A stretch of DNA of 64,000 nt from Piromyces finnis finn (GCA_002104945.1 MCFH01000002.1:1897625-1961624); one strand, 5' to 3'; numbered from the stretch's first letter, positions 43,137-56,221 are shown. Notes: generated from the sequence alone by a model not told the origin. Made by a program: numbers and translations.

Positions 43137-43997
43137 TGTAAGAAATAATAATTATTTGATACATAATTAATATTTCTTAGTTAAAATCATTAATTATTAA
43201 TCATTAATTAATGTTAATAATATTAGTCTATTTAAATAATTATTCTCATTTAAATTTATTTTAATTATTTATTTTCACTTAATTTTAATATCTTAAATTA
43301 CATTTAACCATTTAATTATATTATTCATTAATATTTTATTTAATATTTTTATTAATTATATTTATGCATTTAACTAATTAATTTAATTAATTACTTTTAT
43401 TTAACTTTATATTTTTATTAATTATATTTATTCATTTAATTAATTAATTTAATTAATTACTTTTATTTAACTTTATATTTTTATCAAATATATTTAATTA
43501 TTTATTTAATTAATTACTTTAAAATAATTATTCATTGTTTAGGAATCGATATTTTAAGGTTTTTTCCAATTTCTAAAATAATTGGTTTTACTTAAAATAT
43601 ACGATGATCAATATGTATAGAATGTTGATCGAACTTTGTTTAGGTTTTTCTTCTAATCTTTTCCTAAACAGAAAATTATTTTGTTAAGATTAGATAAAAT
43701 TTTAATTTAAACTTTAAATTTATTAAATAATATAAATAAAGACTCTTGATTCCCTTCTAAGAAATCAAGAGTTATTATTATAAGAAACAAATTATAATAA
43801 TAAAAGCGTTTTTAATTTTATTTTACTTAGTTATAATAAAACATATTAACTTATTAAAGTGTAAAATTATTTTTACTCTTATAATAAACTCGAACTTAAA
43901 GATAAGTATTAATATTTATTTTCTTTTTATTCTCAATTTATCAATAAATTGTAGTTAATAATTCTATTATATAATAATTTATAATGGAATTATTACA
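43137..43997 (+). repeat. 3' LTR of element J
   Basis: It is a copy of the 5' LTR. Confidence 0.97.
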
Positions 43998-44433
43998 AAT
44001 GAATACTAGAAATAACTAAATTGTCTTATTGGTTAGTAGCTAAGACTTTGAGTCTGAATGACACTAGTTCGAGACCTCATAGATACTATTTTAAAAAAAT
44101 TATAATTTTATTTTATTTTATTTTATTTTTAAATTTTATTTTATATGAAGATTATTGATTGGTTAAGAATTTTAAGTTGAAAAAATTTTATAAATTAATT
44201 TAAAAAATTTTTAGTATAAATACGAGTGAATTTTCCCAAATATTTTAAAGAATCGAGATTTTATTAATAAATAATTATATTATTAAACACTAACTTATTA
44301 AGTTAAATTCTATGTGTTTTTAATGATATTTTTATAAATTAATAATTTACAGAATATTTTAAAGTGTTAATATTACTAAGTTATTTAGTAAATATTATAA
44401 TTTGTTTTATTGTTAAAGACACATTTCTTTACA
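43998..44433 (+). repeat. G-type LTR (its first 8 nt lie at 37859-37866)
   Basis: It is the reverse complement of 14116-14551 and ends catttctttaca. Confidence 0.93.
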
Positions 44434-44455
44434 GTCGAGCTCCTGCGAAATTAAT

Positions 44456-47150
44456 TTATAGGGAATCTTTTCTCGAAGGAATTTCAATTACAAATGGTTG
44501 GTATCTATGCTTAATTAAATTACCAACTTTATTCTTTCTAATTTTCATGGAGTCATTCGACTTATGTTTTGACTTTTTTGAGTTTCTTTCAAACTCTTGT
44601 ACTAATTGTTTATCTGGAATCTGATCTTCAGAAATCCAGGTGGATTTGTCAAATCCTTTCCACGATAACTTATAAAATGTTTCACCATTAACAGATTTCG
44701 TCTTCTCAATTTTCTCTGGAATTTTTTCAATCAAATCTGTGTTAAGGTGAATGTTCCTCTTCCTACGATTAGACCTGTCGTTAAACTCGTTTTCAAAGTA
44801 TGATTCTAACAATGAAACATGAAAAATTGGATGGCATTTCATTGTCTTTGGAAGTTTCAATTTAAAAGCGAGAGAACTAACTTTTTCAATGATTTCAAAT
44901 GGGTCAAGCATTTGAGGTGCTAGTTTCTTCTTCAAGTTAGTTCCAGGAGAATCTTTCAATAACCATACCTTCTTTCCCACTTCGAACTCCGGAGGAATCA
45001 TTCTTTTCATATCAGCATATTTCTTATGTTTCTTTAGCTTTTTCTAAATTTTCTTTTAATAATTTAAAGTTTTCATTCATATCAATTACTCTTTGTTCAG
45101 CTCTACTAGGTCTATCATTAGCTGGAATTTCTAAGCTGAACTTTGGATGAAAACCATAATTAGCAAAGAATGAGGATTGATTTATAGATTGCTGTAAAGT
45201 ATTATTATATGCAAATTCAGCAAATGGGATAAGATCAACCCAGTTATTCTGCTTTTTATTTATAAAACAACAGAAATATTGTTCTAATATGCCGTTCACC
45301 CTCTCCGTTTGACCATCTGTCTGCGGATGGTTAGCAGTCGATAATGAATGATTGATATTAAGAAGGTCACAAAGTCTTGACCAAAAATCAGAAGTAAATT
45401 GAGAGTCTCTATCAGAGATGATAGAATCAGGAAGACCATGCAGATGGAATAACTTAGCAATAAAAGCGTCAACAGCAATCGGAGCAGTAGGAAGACAACG
45501 TAAAGGAATGGCGTGAGCAAATTTAGTAAATCTATAGACAACAACCATAAGTGTAGACATATCTCTGGACTTTGGAAGATCAACAATAAAGTCAATAGAG
45601 ATATCAGACCAACGCCTACTAGGAGTGTCCAAAGGGGATAACAATCCATAAGGCTTATGTCTAGGGACTTTGGATTTGCAACAAGTCACGCAAGATTTAA
45701 TAAAAGATTTGACATCTGAATGGAATCTTGGCCACCAAAAATTTCTTGAAATAAGTTCGACAGTTTTCTTAATGCCGAAATGGCCAGCAGCAACAGAATC
45801 ATGATGAAGTTCCAAAACTCTTGTCCTATGAAATTTAGGAACATAAATAAGATTATTATAACAAAAACCCTTCATCATCAATAATAACTTTATCAATATT
45901 TTTAATAGGAGCATTGCTAGAAGAACCATTCGTTTTAAATTGAACGATAGAGTTATACAAATCATCATTTTTAAGTTCTAATAAAATAGAATCTATTAGC
46001 GGTTTGTTATTGCTATGATGAAGTGAGATAGTAAGAAACATCGAAATTAATATCATTCACCAAATGATCGCTTCTACGAGACAGGATATCAGGCTTACCG
46101 GATTTCTTTCCAGCTCCATAAATGAGTTTAAAATCAAATCTGGATAGGAACAAATTCCATCTAATATGTCTCTGAGATAACATTTCAGGTTTTCTAGTAA
46201 ATGTTAAATTCTTGTGATCGGTATAAATTATGACCTGATGGCGTGCACCTTCTAAATAATGACGTCTTCAAGAGCAATTATAATAGCTAAAAGTTCCTTG
46301 TCATATATAGGATAGTTTCTTTGACAACTCGTCAAACTTTTAGAAAGAAATGCAATAGGATGTAATTTGCCGTCAAATTATTGAGAGAAAATAGCACCGA
46401 CGGCATAATTACTAGCATCAGTTTCTACAATAAATTGTTTACTACTATCCGCATATTTCAGAATAGAAGTTGACGTGAACAAAGTTTTTAATAAAATAAA
46501 AGCATCCTAATCTTCCTTCACCCAATTAAAGATAACATTCTTTCTAGTGAGTTTGTGAAGAGGATTCGCAATTTTAGCAAAGTCTTTAATAAAGATTCTG
46601 TAGTAGTTACAAAGACCAATGAAAGACTGAACCTCTTTAAAATTCTTGGGAACTGGCCAATCGAGAATTGCTTTGACTTTATTCTCGTCCATTTGCAAAC
46701 CATCTTTTGAAATAACATATCCAAGAAAAGTAGTTTTCTCCATGTCAAACTCACATTTTTCTAATTTAACATAAAGATTATTTTCAAGTAATTTCTTAAG
46801 TACCTTTTTAACATGCTCACGATATTCTTCGATACTCTTAGAATAAATAAGAATATCGTCAATATATGAGATAACAAAATTATCTAAATAGTTACTAAGA
46901 ACATCGTTAATGAAGTGTTAAAAAGTTGCAAGTGCATTCTTTAATCCAAAAAGCATAACCAAATATTCGAAATGGCCATATCTAGTACGAAAAGCTGTTT
47001 TATATTCATCACCTTCTTTAATTCGGACAAGATTATAAGCAGACTTAATATCTAATTTAGTAAAAATTTTAGCACCTTTCACTCTATCCAGAAGGTCACT
47101 AATTAAAGGTAAGGGATATGAATTATGAATGGTAATATCAACCTTCTATA
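44456..47150 (-). pseudogene. pol: Decayed pol (RT from DYRxL onward, RNase H, integrase, chromodomain-like tail)
   Basis: Fragments are 46507-46743 (RT), 45024-45968 (integrase) and 44456-45010 (tail ending QPFVIEIPSRKDSL). There are multiple stops and indels relative to C. Confidence 0.92.
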
Positions 47151-47234
47151 ATCATTTATCTTATTCCATTCGAACGGTGATAAGTCTTTATTGATAGAAG
47201 GATAAACAGTTGTTAAGTTATATCCATCAACACT

Positions 47235-47777
47235 TTAAAAAGAGAATGTATCATAACTATGATATCCATTTTTCATTTCAATTGTATTTACAATATTTTT
47301 ATTGTTGTAATCATAGCTAATAATAATATAAACATTATCATATAATAATGAAAATTCCCAAATAGAAATACTATGATTATCACCTTTTTCATTTTTAACT
47401 GTATATGTATGTCTTGCCAAAGCTATGTCGTTTAAAGAATATGGTACATTTTCAACAATAAATTGTTCATCATCAATTGCTTCAACTTTAATATAGTTCC
47501 AATTTATGTTAGATTCATCTAATAGAAATAATAAAGCATTTAGTTCTTTTATGCTATGGATTAATTCTTCTCGGTAATCAACTTCATTTCTTTTTAACAT
47601 TATACTAGAAAAGAAAGCGTCAAGCAAAACATGACCGATAAAATCATCGACTTTTCCTATTCTTTTATCTATATTTACTTTTACATACGAATCATTAATC
47701 TTTTGGTTATTTTTTACTTGAACAAAATTAAAAATAACCGAATAATACTTTTTAAAGGTTAGCATACTAGTTTTCAT
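47235..47777 (-). CDS. Unknown non-retroelement ORF captured inside element K (180 aa called; the frame is open ~50 codons further upstream and resumes after the stop)
   Basis: It has no gag, PR or env motif. It lies in sense between the K leader and the RT remnant. Confidence 0.55.
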   Translation of the reverse strand: MKTSMLTFKKYYSVIFNFVQVKNNQKINDSYVKVNIDKRIGKVDDFIGHVLLDAFFSSIMLKRNEVDYREELIHSIKELNALLFLLDESNINWNYIKVEAIDDEQFIVENVPYSLNDIALARHTYTVKNEKGDNHSISIWEFSLLYDNVYIIISYDYNNKNIVNTIEMKNGYHSYDTFSF

Positions 47778-48151
47778 AAATTCTAAAGATGGATACCTAT
47801 CCTTTAAAAAAGCATTTGCTACACTTTCATACTCATAGTCTTCTTTAAAAAAATCAATATTAACATTATTGTAACTAATATTAGCAGTTTCCTCTATACT
47901 TTTTAATTCAGTTAAAGGCTCATCCAGTTTTAAAGCCGAAAAATTAATTCCGGCAACTAATGTTGGAAAAAAAATTATTATCTTTTAATTTAACATTCAT
48001 TTTCTTTTTTTTAAAAAACTATCTTCTATTCCTTCAAGTAGAATCCTCCAAAAATTTTTCTATTTCTTCTAGTAGAATTTCCTAGTAGAATCCTCCAAAA
48101 GTTCTTCTATTTCTTCTTGATACCCTAACGTATTCGTAACTCTTCGTTTAG

Positions 48152-48162
48152 GTAATTGTTAT
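48152..48162 (-). promoter_or_regulatory. Self-priming PBS of element K (ATAACAATTAC)
   Basis: It is identical to the C and E PBS and abuts the LTR at 48163. Confidence 0.85.
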
Positions 48163-48780
48163 TGTAAAGTCAGACACTAAACAGAATAGATTAGGATATC
48201 TAACCTATTACAATAACACCAAAAATAAAATAAGAAATAGAATTGTTTTATAAAAATGTCTTTTATTATAATAGAATTTTTAATAATAACAATTACATTG
48301 ATAAAATGATGAAAAATATCTTCTATTTATACTTTTCCTAAATACATTTATATTATATTATAACTATTTATTTAAAATATATTATTATTTAAAACCTACA
48401 CTAAAATCTTAACTATTAATAAAATATTTAAACTATAACTATTTCAGTAAAATTAAATAGGCAATTCAAATTAAGTACTATTCAATTTGAATATGCGCCC
48501 ATGTATTATTTATATATTAATCATTTATTATTTATATACTATTTATCTATTTCTATCAGAAAACAATACTAAAACTAAGAAATTAAATTGAGAAATTTAA
48601 TTTATTTGTAAAACATTAAAAATAAATTAATAATTTATTTTGTTTTAAACTTTAATTATCAATAAATAAATTATGTCTTATTTTCTTTTTTCTGTAATAT
48701 AATTTGTGTAACTTGGACAATAATATTTGTGGCTTAAGTTACATTAAAGATATCAAGCTGAGGCATTTAATATCTTTACA
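48163..48780 (-). repeat. 5' LTR of element K (C-type, 618 bp)
   Basis: It is homologous to 9188-9793. Confidence 0.92.
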
Positions 48781-49064
48781 GTTTTAATAAAAAAGTTATA
48801 GTTTAAATATTTTATTAATAATTAAGATTTTAGTGTAGATTCTAAATAATAATATATAAGAAATAAATAGTTATAATATAATATAAATGTATTTAGGAAA
48901 AATATAAATAGAAGATATATTTCATTATTTTATCAATGTAATTGTTATTAAAAATTCTATTATAATAAAAGACATTTTTTTAAAAACAATTTTATTTATT
49001 TTAAATTTAGTGTTATTGTAATGGAATAGATATCCTAATCTATTCTTTCCGTGTTTGCATTACA
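48781..49064 (+). repeat. 3' half of a C-type LTR in opposite orientation
   Basis: It contains gtaattgttat and the U5 hairpin and ends gcattaca. Confidence 0.82.
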
Positions 49065-49681
49065 TATTTTAAATAATTAACCAATATTTTTAATAAATTT
49101 AATAAATAAAAGTTGATTCAAAAATATATTCTAAAATTGTGTTATAAAACATAACTTTTATATTTTGTTATGTTTAATTAGAATATTTCAAATAATTTTA
49201 TGATTAAAAATTGATTTTAAATCAATTTCCTTTATTCAATAATACTATTAACAGTATTTACTAAAATTTTTAAATTTTTTAAATCATCAATTTCTTTTGT
49301 AATTTAGTTCCTCATTCTTTTCAATTTCTATAAATTCTGTATCTTCAATTTTGTATATATATTTCCTGTAATTTATATTATTCTTTACAGAAAAATATTC
49401 CATTATTTGGAAAAGACCGTTGAAAATTATTTTTAATTTATTATTATCATTAATAATATCTTTATATATCAAAAATATTTTTTTTAATTATATCGATTAC
49501 ATTCAAGTTAATTTGGTTTAACCCTAAATAATCCATTTTATGCATATTTCCACTATATTTCATTGAATATTCAAATGTGTTTTTAGAAAATGAAATTTTT
49601 CACTTTTAAAATTATTTTTATTACGACACTTATTATAATAATTGTAATATATATATATTTATTTACAGCGTTGAAAGTATT

Positions 49682-50887
49682 TGTAAAGATATCAAACGCC
49701 ACAGATTGATATCTTTAATGTAACTTAAGCCATAATGTAAATATATAAAATATATCTTTAAGTTAATTAATAATTAATTAATAATTATTAAATAATAATT
49801 TTGATTTACAAAATTTATTATATAAATTTTATGGAAAAATAAATAAAGATTAATTTTAAAATATCAAAGTTAAAAATGTAATTTGGATAAATATTTAAAT
49901 TAATGGATAATTAAATTTAAATATTTTAAATATTCAAATTAAATCTTAAAAAGTTTTTATTTAATTAAAATTAGTTTAATAACTTTAGCGTAGTTTTAAA
50001 TTAGCATTTTTTAATAGTAAATATATAATAAATAGTATTATTAATATTTAACTAATATATAGATAATACATGGACTTTATTCAATTTGTAGTTTACTCAA
50101 ATTGAATCAAAAGTATATTTAATTAGTTTTAGTTTAGTTTTATTATTTTATTATTTAATTAAATTAGTATTACATTAGTTTTGTTTATTTTATATTAAAT
50201 ATATGTATAATTGAAATAATTGAATAGAATAATATATTAAAATATAATTTACAAAAAATATAAATACATGTAAAATTTCGTAATTTAAAACGATGTAATT
50301 GTTATTGACTATAATTTAATTAATAACTAAATAAACTTAATAAAAGAAGAAGATATTTAAAAAGATAATTTTAACTATATTTTGTTTTTATTTTTTGGTG
50401 TTGTTTTATTGTAAAATTTTATAATCTGTTTTTTGAGTCTTATAAAACTTTTACACATGTATTGAAATGTAGTGAAACGTATTTGTTTATTTTATATTGA
50501 GTATATGTATAATTAAATAGAATAGTATATTAAAATATAATCTACAAAAAATATAAATACATGTAAAATTTCGTAATTTAAAACGATGTAATTGTTATTG
50601 ACTATAATTTAGTTAATAACTAAACAAAGCTAATAAAAGAGAAGTTATAAATTATATTTTTTTATTTTTGTCTTTTTATATTTTTTATTTTATTTTTTGT
50701 GTTTTTGTTTTATTGAAAAAGTTTTATAATCTTTTAATTCTTGATAAAACTTTTACATATAAATATTATTGTTTAAGTTACACGAATTATATTACAGAGA
50801 AAGAAAATGAGACATAATTTATTTATTAATAATTAAAGTTTAAAACAAAATAAATTAAAATTTTCAATTCAAACCCCTAGTTTTAGT
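49682..50887 (+). repeat. C-type LTR (49682-49735 plus 50758-50887) interrupted by an E-type LTR (49736-50455) and a second partial E-type LTR (to 50757)
   Basis: The C-type sequence resumes after 50757. The flanks CATAA and TATAA form a near-TSD. Confidence 0.78.
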
Positions 50888-51491
50888 TGTAAAGTCGACA
50901 CAAAAAGAATAGATTAGGATATCTATTCTATTACAATAACACTAAATTTAAAATAAAAATAAAAAATTGTTTTATTAAAAATATCTTTTATTATAATAGA
51001 ATTTTAATAATAACAATTACATCGATAAAATGATGAAAAATATCTTCTATTTATATTTTTCCTAAATACATTTATATTATATTATAACTATTTATTTCTT
51101 ATATATTATTATTTAAAATCTACACTAAAATCTTAATTATTAATAAATATTTAAACTATAACTATTTTTAGTAAAATACAATTGGCAATTCAAATTAAGT
51201 ACTATTCAATTTGAATATGTGCCCATGTATTATTGATATATTAATCATTTATTATTTATTTATTTCTATGAAAAAACAATACTAAAACTAGGGATTTAAA
51301 TTGAGAATATTAATTTACTTGTTAAACATTAAAAATAAACTAATAATTTATTTTGTTTTAAACTTTAATTATTAATAAATAAATTATGTCTCATTTTCTT
51401 TTTCTGAATATAATTTGTGTAACTTAAACAATAATACTTGTGGCTTAAGTTACATTAAAGATATCAAACAGAGGCGTTTGATATCTTTACA
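50888..51491 (-). repeat. C-type LTR (604 bp), flanks unmatched
   Basis: It is close to 9188-9793. Confidence 0.9.
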
Positions 51492-51668
51492 ATAAACAAC
51501 TTATACAGCTTTTTTACAAGGGGTTGAGAAAAGGAAATGACCCTAATATCGATAATGAACTTAATAGCGATTTACCTGATTACTATGTTAGACATAAAAA
51601 GCAACCATTTGTAATAGAAATTCCATCGTTAAGAAAATCTCACAGGAGCTCGATTTAGAGGGGAAGAT
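51492..51668 (+). pseudogene. pol: Pol C-terminal tail fragment and PPT
   Basis: It reads PDYYVRHKKQPFVIEIPSLRKSHRSSI*, followed by agaggggaagat. Confidence 0.8.
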
Positions 51669-52284
51669 TGTAAAGATATCAACGCCAAATATGATATCTT
51701 TAATGTAACTTAAGCCACAAGTATTATTGTTTAAGTTACACAAATTATATTACAGAAAAAGAAAATGAGACATAATTTATTTATTAATAATTAAAGTTTA
51801 AAACAAAATAAATTATTAATTTATTTTTAATGTTTAACAAGTAAATTAAAATTCTCAATTTAAATCCCTAGTTTTAGTATTGTTTTTTCATAGAAATAGA
51901 TAAATAATATATAAATAATAAATGATTAATATATCAATAATACATGGGCACATATTCAAATTGAATAGTACTTAATTTGAATTGCCAATTGTATTTTACT
52001 AAAAATAGTTATAGTTTAAATATTTATTAATAATTAAGATTTTAGTGTAGATTTTAAATAATAATATATAAGAAATAAATAGTTATAATATAATATAAAT
52101 GTACTTAGGAAAAATATAAATAGAAGATATTTTTCATCATTTTATCGATATAATTGTTATTATTTTTATTCTTCTTAAATAAAATAAATTTTTAATAAAA
52201 AAAATTATTTTTTAAAGAAAATTTTAATATTTTGCAGTTAGTGTTATTGTAAAAGTAACCTATTTTATATTCCAATACTTTACA
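51669..52284 (+). repeat. C-type 3' LTR (616 bp)
   Basis: It follows the PPT and runs tgtaaagatatc...tactttaca. Confidence 0.88.
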
Positions 52285-52463
52285 ATTACTGACTATAAAG
52301 AATATTATAACTATATAATAAATTATAAATAATTAATAGAAAAATGTACAAAAATTATAAAGATATAATTTTTATAACTTAAAAATCGAGTTAAACAACA
52401 TTAACATATAAATAGTTGATGGTTGAATTTCTATAATTCTGGCAAATTCAACTATTTAGGTTC

Positions 52464-53245
52464 TGTAAAAAATTGTATTAATAGAATAATGATTTAATAC
52501 GTATTTAAAATAATGTATAATGTATTAAATTAATGTACCGTAAAATTTCACAAAATTTATATCACAATACATTAACATAAATTTATGTAAATTTTATTTT
52601 TAAATTACAAAAATTTATATCACAATACATTAACATAAATTTATGTAAAATTTAATTTTATGATAAGATAAAGTTTTTGATGATAAAATAAAATTTTAAA
52701 TTAAATAATTTTTAACCAATAAATATTTTAGATAATAAAAAAATTTTTTTATAAACTAAGCCTCAAAATTAGAAATAAATAAATTGGATATATGTTTGAA
52801 ATATAATCAACCATATAGTAAATAAATCAAAACTTTATTTTAAGTTTAGAAAATTCTTTAGTAAATAAATTGAATTTAAATAGTTTAATACAAATAATTT
52901 CTTTTAATAAATGTATAAATGTAAACAATGTAAAATTATAATATTAAAGCATGTATATTAGAATTTATTCAATTTATTTAAAAAGTATAAATAAAGAAAA
53001 TTTTTCAACTATTGAAACGATAGTTGGAAAATCGTATAGGTTAATTTTGTTTAGATAAATTAACATTAGTTTATAATTAGTTTAGTTGTTTTAAATAATA
53101 AAAATTATTAATTGATTATCTAGTGAGGGCTCTGATGAAATAACCTTCACGGTAAAGTAATCAACGGTTGTTAATATAGTTTAAAATAAATAAAAGTATT
53201 ATTAAAAATAAAACATAGTTTGTGTTAGTTTAATTTAGTGTATAC
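52464..53245 (+). repeat. Y-type LTR, truncated by an H-type LTR
   Basis: It is the reverse complement of most of 12308-13133 and contains the primer AGTTGGAAAAT. Confidence 0.8.
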
Positions 53246-54635
53246 TGTAAAAGTTTTATTAAACTTATAATTTAATATTAAAATATTAAATTAAATAAAA
53301 GATTAAAGATAACTAGGTTAGAAAAAATGTTTTATTAAAATAATCTTAATTGTTTTATAAATGAATAATTAAATATGTATTATGGTTAAAATAATTTCTT
53401 TTTATTTTATTTAAAGAATATATATAATAATAAGATTATTTAATAGTAATACTTGTTAAGTATTAATAAGGTAATAATCTTTACAAAGATTTAATTCATA
53501 AAACTATTCTAAACTATTTATACAAATTGTAATTTTACATTTAATAATAAAATAACTTTTTAGTACATGATTATATTCATAATATATTTTATAATACTAA
53601 GGCTAAACTTAAGACTTATTACTAATTATTAAAAATAACTATTGTTTATATATTTATAATATTAATTATTTCTTAATTATAATATAATTCATTGGATATA
53701 ATATTAATAATTATAATCTTTTAATTCAAAGATTATAAGTTATGTTATTGAAATAATTATTATAAAATAAAGTTAATTAATTCCGGAAAATAATTTAATT
53801 AAAACAATAATTTATATCCTTTTGGGTGAATGATTATGTTCAATACATCAGGGGTGATCATTCTCTGAATAAACAATTGATCATTACTGTAATGAGGTAT
53901 ATCTAATGATAAGGGTTAGACTAGAAAATCATTAAGGTTAGATTAATGAAAATTTCATAATTATATTTTTATAACCAATCATTAAGTAATTAATTCACTT
54001 ATCAAATTGTATTAAAAAAAATAATTTTCATGTATAAAAGAGAGAATAAGAAAGATAAAATAGTTCTTTTGTATTTTTATTAATAATTAATAAAAATTAG
54101 TTTTTTTGTTTCGTCTTTAGTTTGATAATACACTGACCTAGCGAGTTAGTCGTATTATAATAATAAATTTAATAAATAAACATTATTAAAAAAATACATA
54201 TATATTTGATACATTAGAGTGTGTGTGTTTATTATTATAATATTTCGTTACAATTACTAACAAAATATCTTTAAATTGGAATATCTCGTGAACCAGCAGA
54301 GATATTGACCTGATTTTAAGATATGTTGTTTATCTCAAGCGTGGCTTTCTAACGAACCCACAATCTCCCAACCATAATTTCCCAAAAATCGTCATTCGTT
54401 AAGGAGATACGCGTGTTTTTCCTTATTTAATTTTGACGATAAGGGTTAAAGTTATTTGTTATAAAATTATTAAGGGTTAAGGTCATATCTTAACCTTTTC
54501 TAAGTTTTTTAAATATTTCTTAATATAATTTTATAATTTATTTGAAAATAAAATATTATTGATTTTGAAATTTTATAAGTAATTTTACAATTTCAAATGA
54601 TCTTGAAATTGCAGATTCCACTAGTATTCGTGACA
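53246..54635 (-). repeat. Diverged H-type LTR containing solo LTR Z
   Basis: It is homologous to 36782-37812 once 53888-54257 is removed. Confidence 0.88.
53888..54252. repeat. Solo LTR Z (365 bp) with TSD ATTAC
   Basis: It has termini tgtaa..ttaca, with ATTAC at 53883-53887 and 54253-54257. Confidence 0.88.
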
Positions 54636-54640
54636 TTTGG

Positions 54641-55635
54641 TGTGAAGATATTAACTAGATTTAAAACAAATTCAGATAATATCTATAATTAATTAAACAT
54701 AATAATTAGAATTAAATGATCCCAATAATTATTTCAAAACACCTTTAAAAGTCACCTTTAAAATTTTGGTTCAGTGAAAGGGTTATGATTTCAAAAAATT
54801 TAATATCAATACACTATAACCCTTAACCAAAAATAAACAAACACGAAACAAGGTGTAACTCGCCAAAAACGATCGCTACGGCTGTAAGTGCTACGGCTTT
54901 GAAACTAAGTTTATTAGAAAGTTTAAGGAAAAAGCTACATTTTGGTACAATCGCGGTCCTTCTAACTGGTCATTTAAGGAAGATATGATCATTTGAAGAT
55001 TTTATTAGGTAAATTAAAATTAATATGATATCAAGTATGGATCATAGACATTTCTTATGACTTGACGAAAATTAAAAAGATATCAATAGAAATTCTAATT
55101 ATATTAATTTAATTAATGATAGTGACTGTTACTAAAAATAGAACTAAACCATTTAGGTGTAACAGTTAACATTTATAAATTAAATAATTTTAATTATTAT
55201 AAAATAGGTTAATGGATCAAGTGTTTAAATGATTAATCATATGTTTATTTTATTTTATGTCATGACAAAACAAACAAACAAACAAACAATCTTATTATGT
55301 TATTAATATATTACATGTAATACTTTATTTTTATCAATTTAATAATCTGAACAAAGAATATAAAATAGAATGAATTGAATTCGATTTTAATTCTTTGTAA
55401 AGATTATAGTTATAATCTTAATTATATAGTTATTAAATATATTATCATTTATATTATTATTAATAAATAAATAAAATTTTATAAAAAAAAAGTTATTCTA
55501 AAGAATAAATATTAATTTTTCATTTGGAAGTTTAAAGGGTTATTTTATATTTAAATTTAATTTCTTAAAAACATATTTACTATATAATTGATAACATTCT
55601 GACCTGGCCGCATAACCAAATCCAAAAACTTAACA
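54641..55635 (+). repeat. Diverged F-type LTR (995 bp), flanks unmatched
   Basis: It is homologous to 14604-15736 with internal deletions. Confidence 0.9.
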
Positions 55636-55814
55636 TACAATTTATTGATAAATTGAGAATAAAAAGAAAATAAATATTAATACTTATCTTTAAGTTCGAG
55701 TTTATTATAAGAGTAGAAATAATTTTACACTTTAATAAGTTAATATGTTTTATTATAACTAAGTTAAGTAAAATAAAATTAAAAACGCTTTTATTATTAT
55801 AATTTGTTTCTTAT
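55636..55814 (-). repeat. Fragment of J-type LTR (R/U5 part)
   Basis: It is the reverse complement of ~38510-38690. Confidence 0.85.
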
Positions 55815-56221
55815 TGTAAAGGACTAATGTTCAATAAATAAAAACACAAATATATAAAAAGGAAAATAATAAAAGCAAATAAAAATTTTATTATTGAACA
55901 CTTAACAAAATTATAACAGGTTAGTGTTTAATAATTTTATTTTTATTATAAAATTTCTTTGTTAAAAAACTCGAATTCCAAATAATTTTTTGAGAAATTT
56001 CACTCGTATTTATATAAATGTTTTTAAAAGTAAATTTATAAAAATTTTACAACTTAATTTTTTAAGCCAATCAGAAATTATCTTCTTTGGTAAAATTTCG
56101 TTATAAAATATTTTAATAATTAAAAAAAAGATATTAATGAGGTTTCGAACTCGAGTAGTTCAAACCAAGGTCTTAGTTACTAACCACTAAGACAGGTTAC
56201 TAATTTCTATGATTCGTTACA
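55815..56221 (-). repeat. 3' LTR of element L (diverged G-type, 407 bp), also carrying the A-box/B-box cassette
   Basis: The G-type PPT ggaggaggacca precedes it. It shares gtcttagtggttagta-ctaagac and agttcga-acctca with G LTRs. Confidence 0.85.

Larger units (their letters stand above)
37867..43997 (+). mobile_element. Intact Ty3/Gypsy element J (no chromodomain) with TSD AATGA, inserted 8 nt inside a G-type LTR
   Basis: LTRs are 37867-38732 (866 bp) and 43137-43997 (861 bp), differing by a 5-bp indel and at least one substitution. AATGA lies at 37862-37866 and 43998-44002. Confidence 0.97.
44434..48780 (-). mobile_element. Defective C-family element K: 5' LTR, PBS, leader, foreign ORF in place of gag/PR, then decayed RT-RNase H-integrase-chromodomain
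   Basis: The pol part is closely similar to element C but has stops and frameshifts. The 3' end is cut just before the PPT by a G-type LTR. Confidence 0.88.

Noticed and set aside
47235-47777. env-like gene call for the K insert
   Set aside because: It lies upstream of pol rather than downstream, and it shows no signal peptide or transmembrane segment.
49287-49472. 61-aa minus-strand ORF in the spacer between LTRs
   Set aside because: It is short, composition-driven and has no recognisable motif. It could be a host-gene relic, but I cannot support that.
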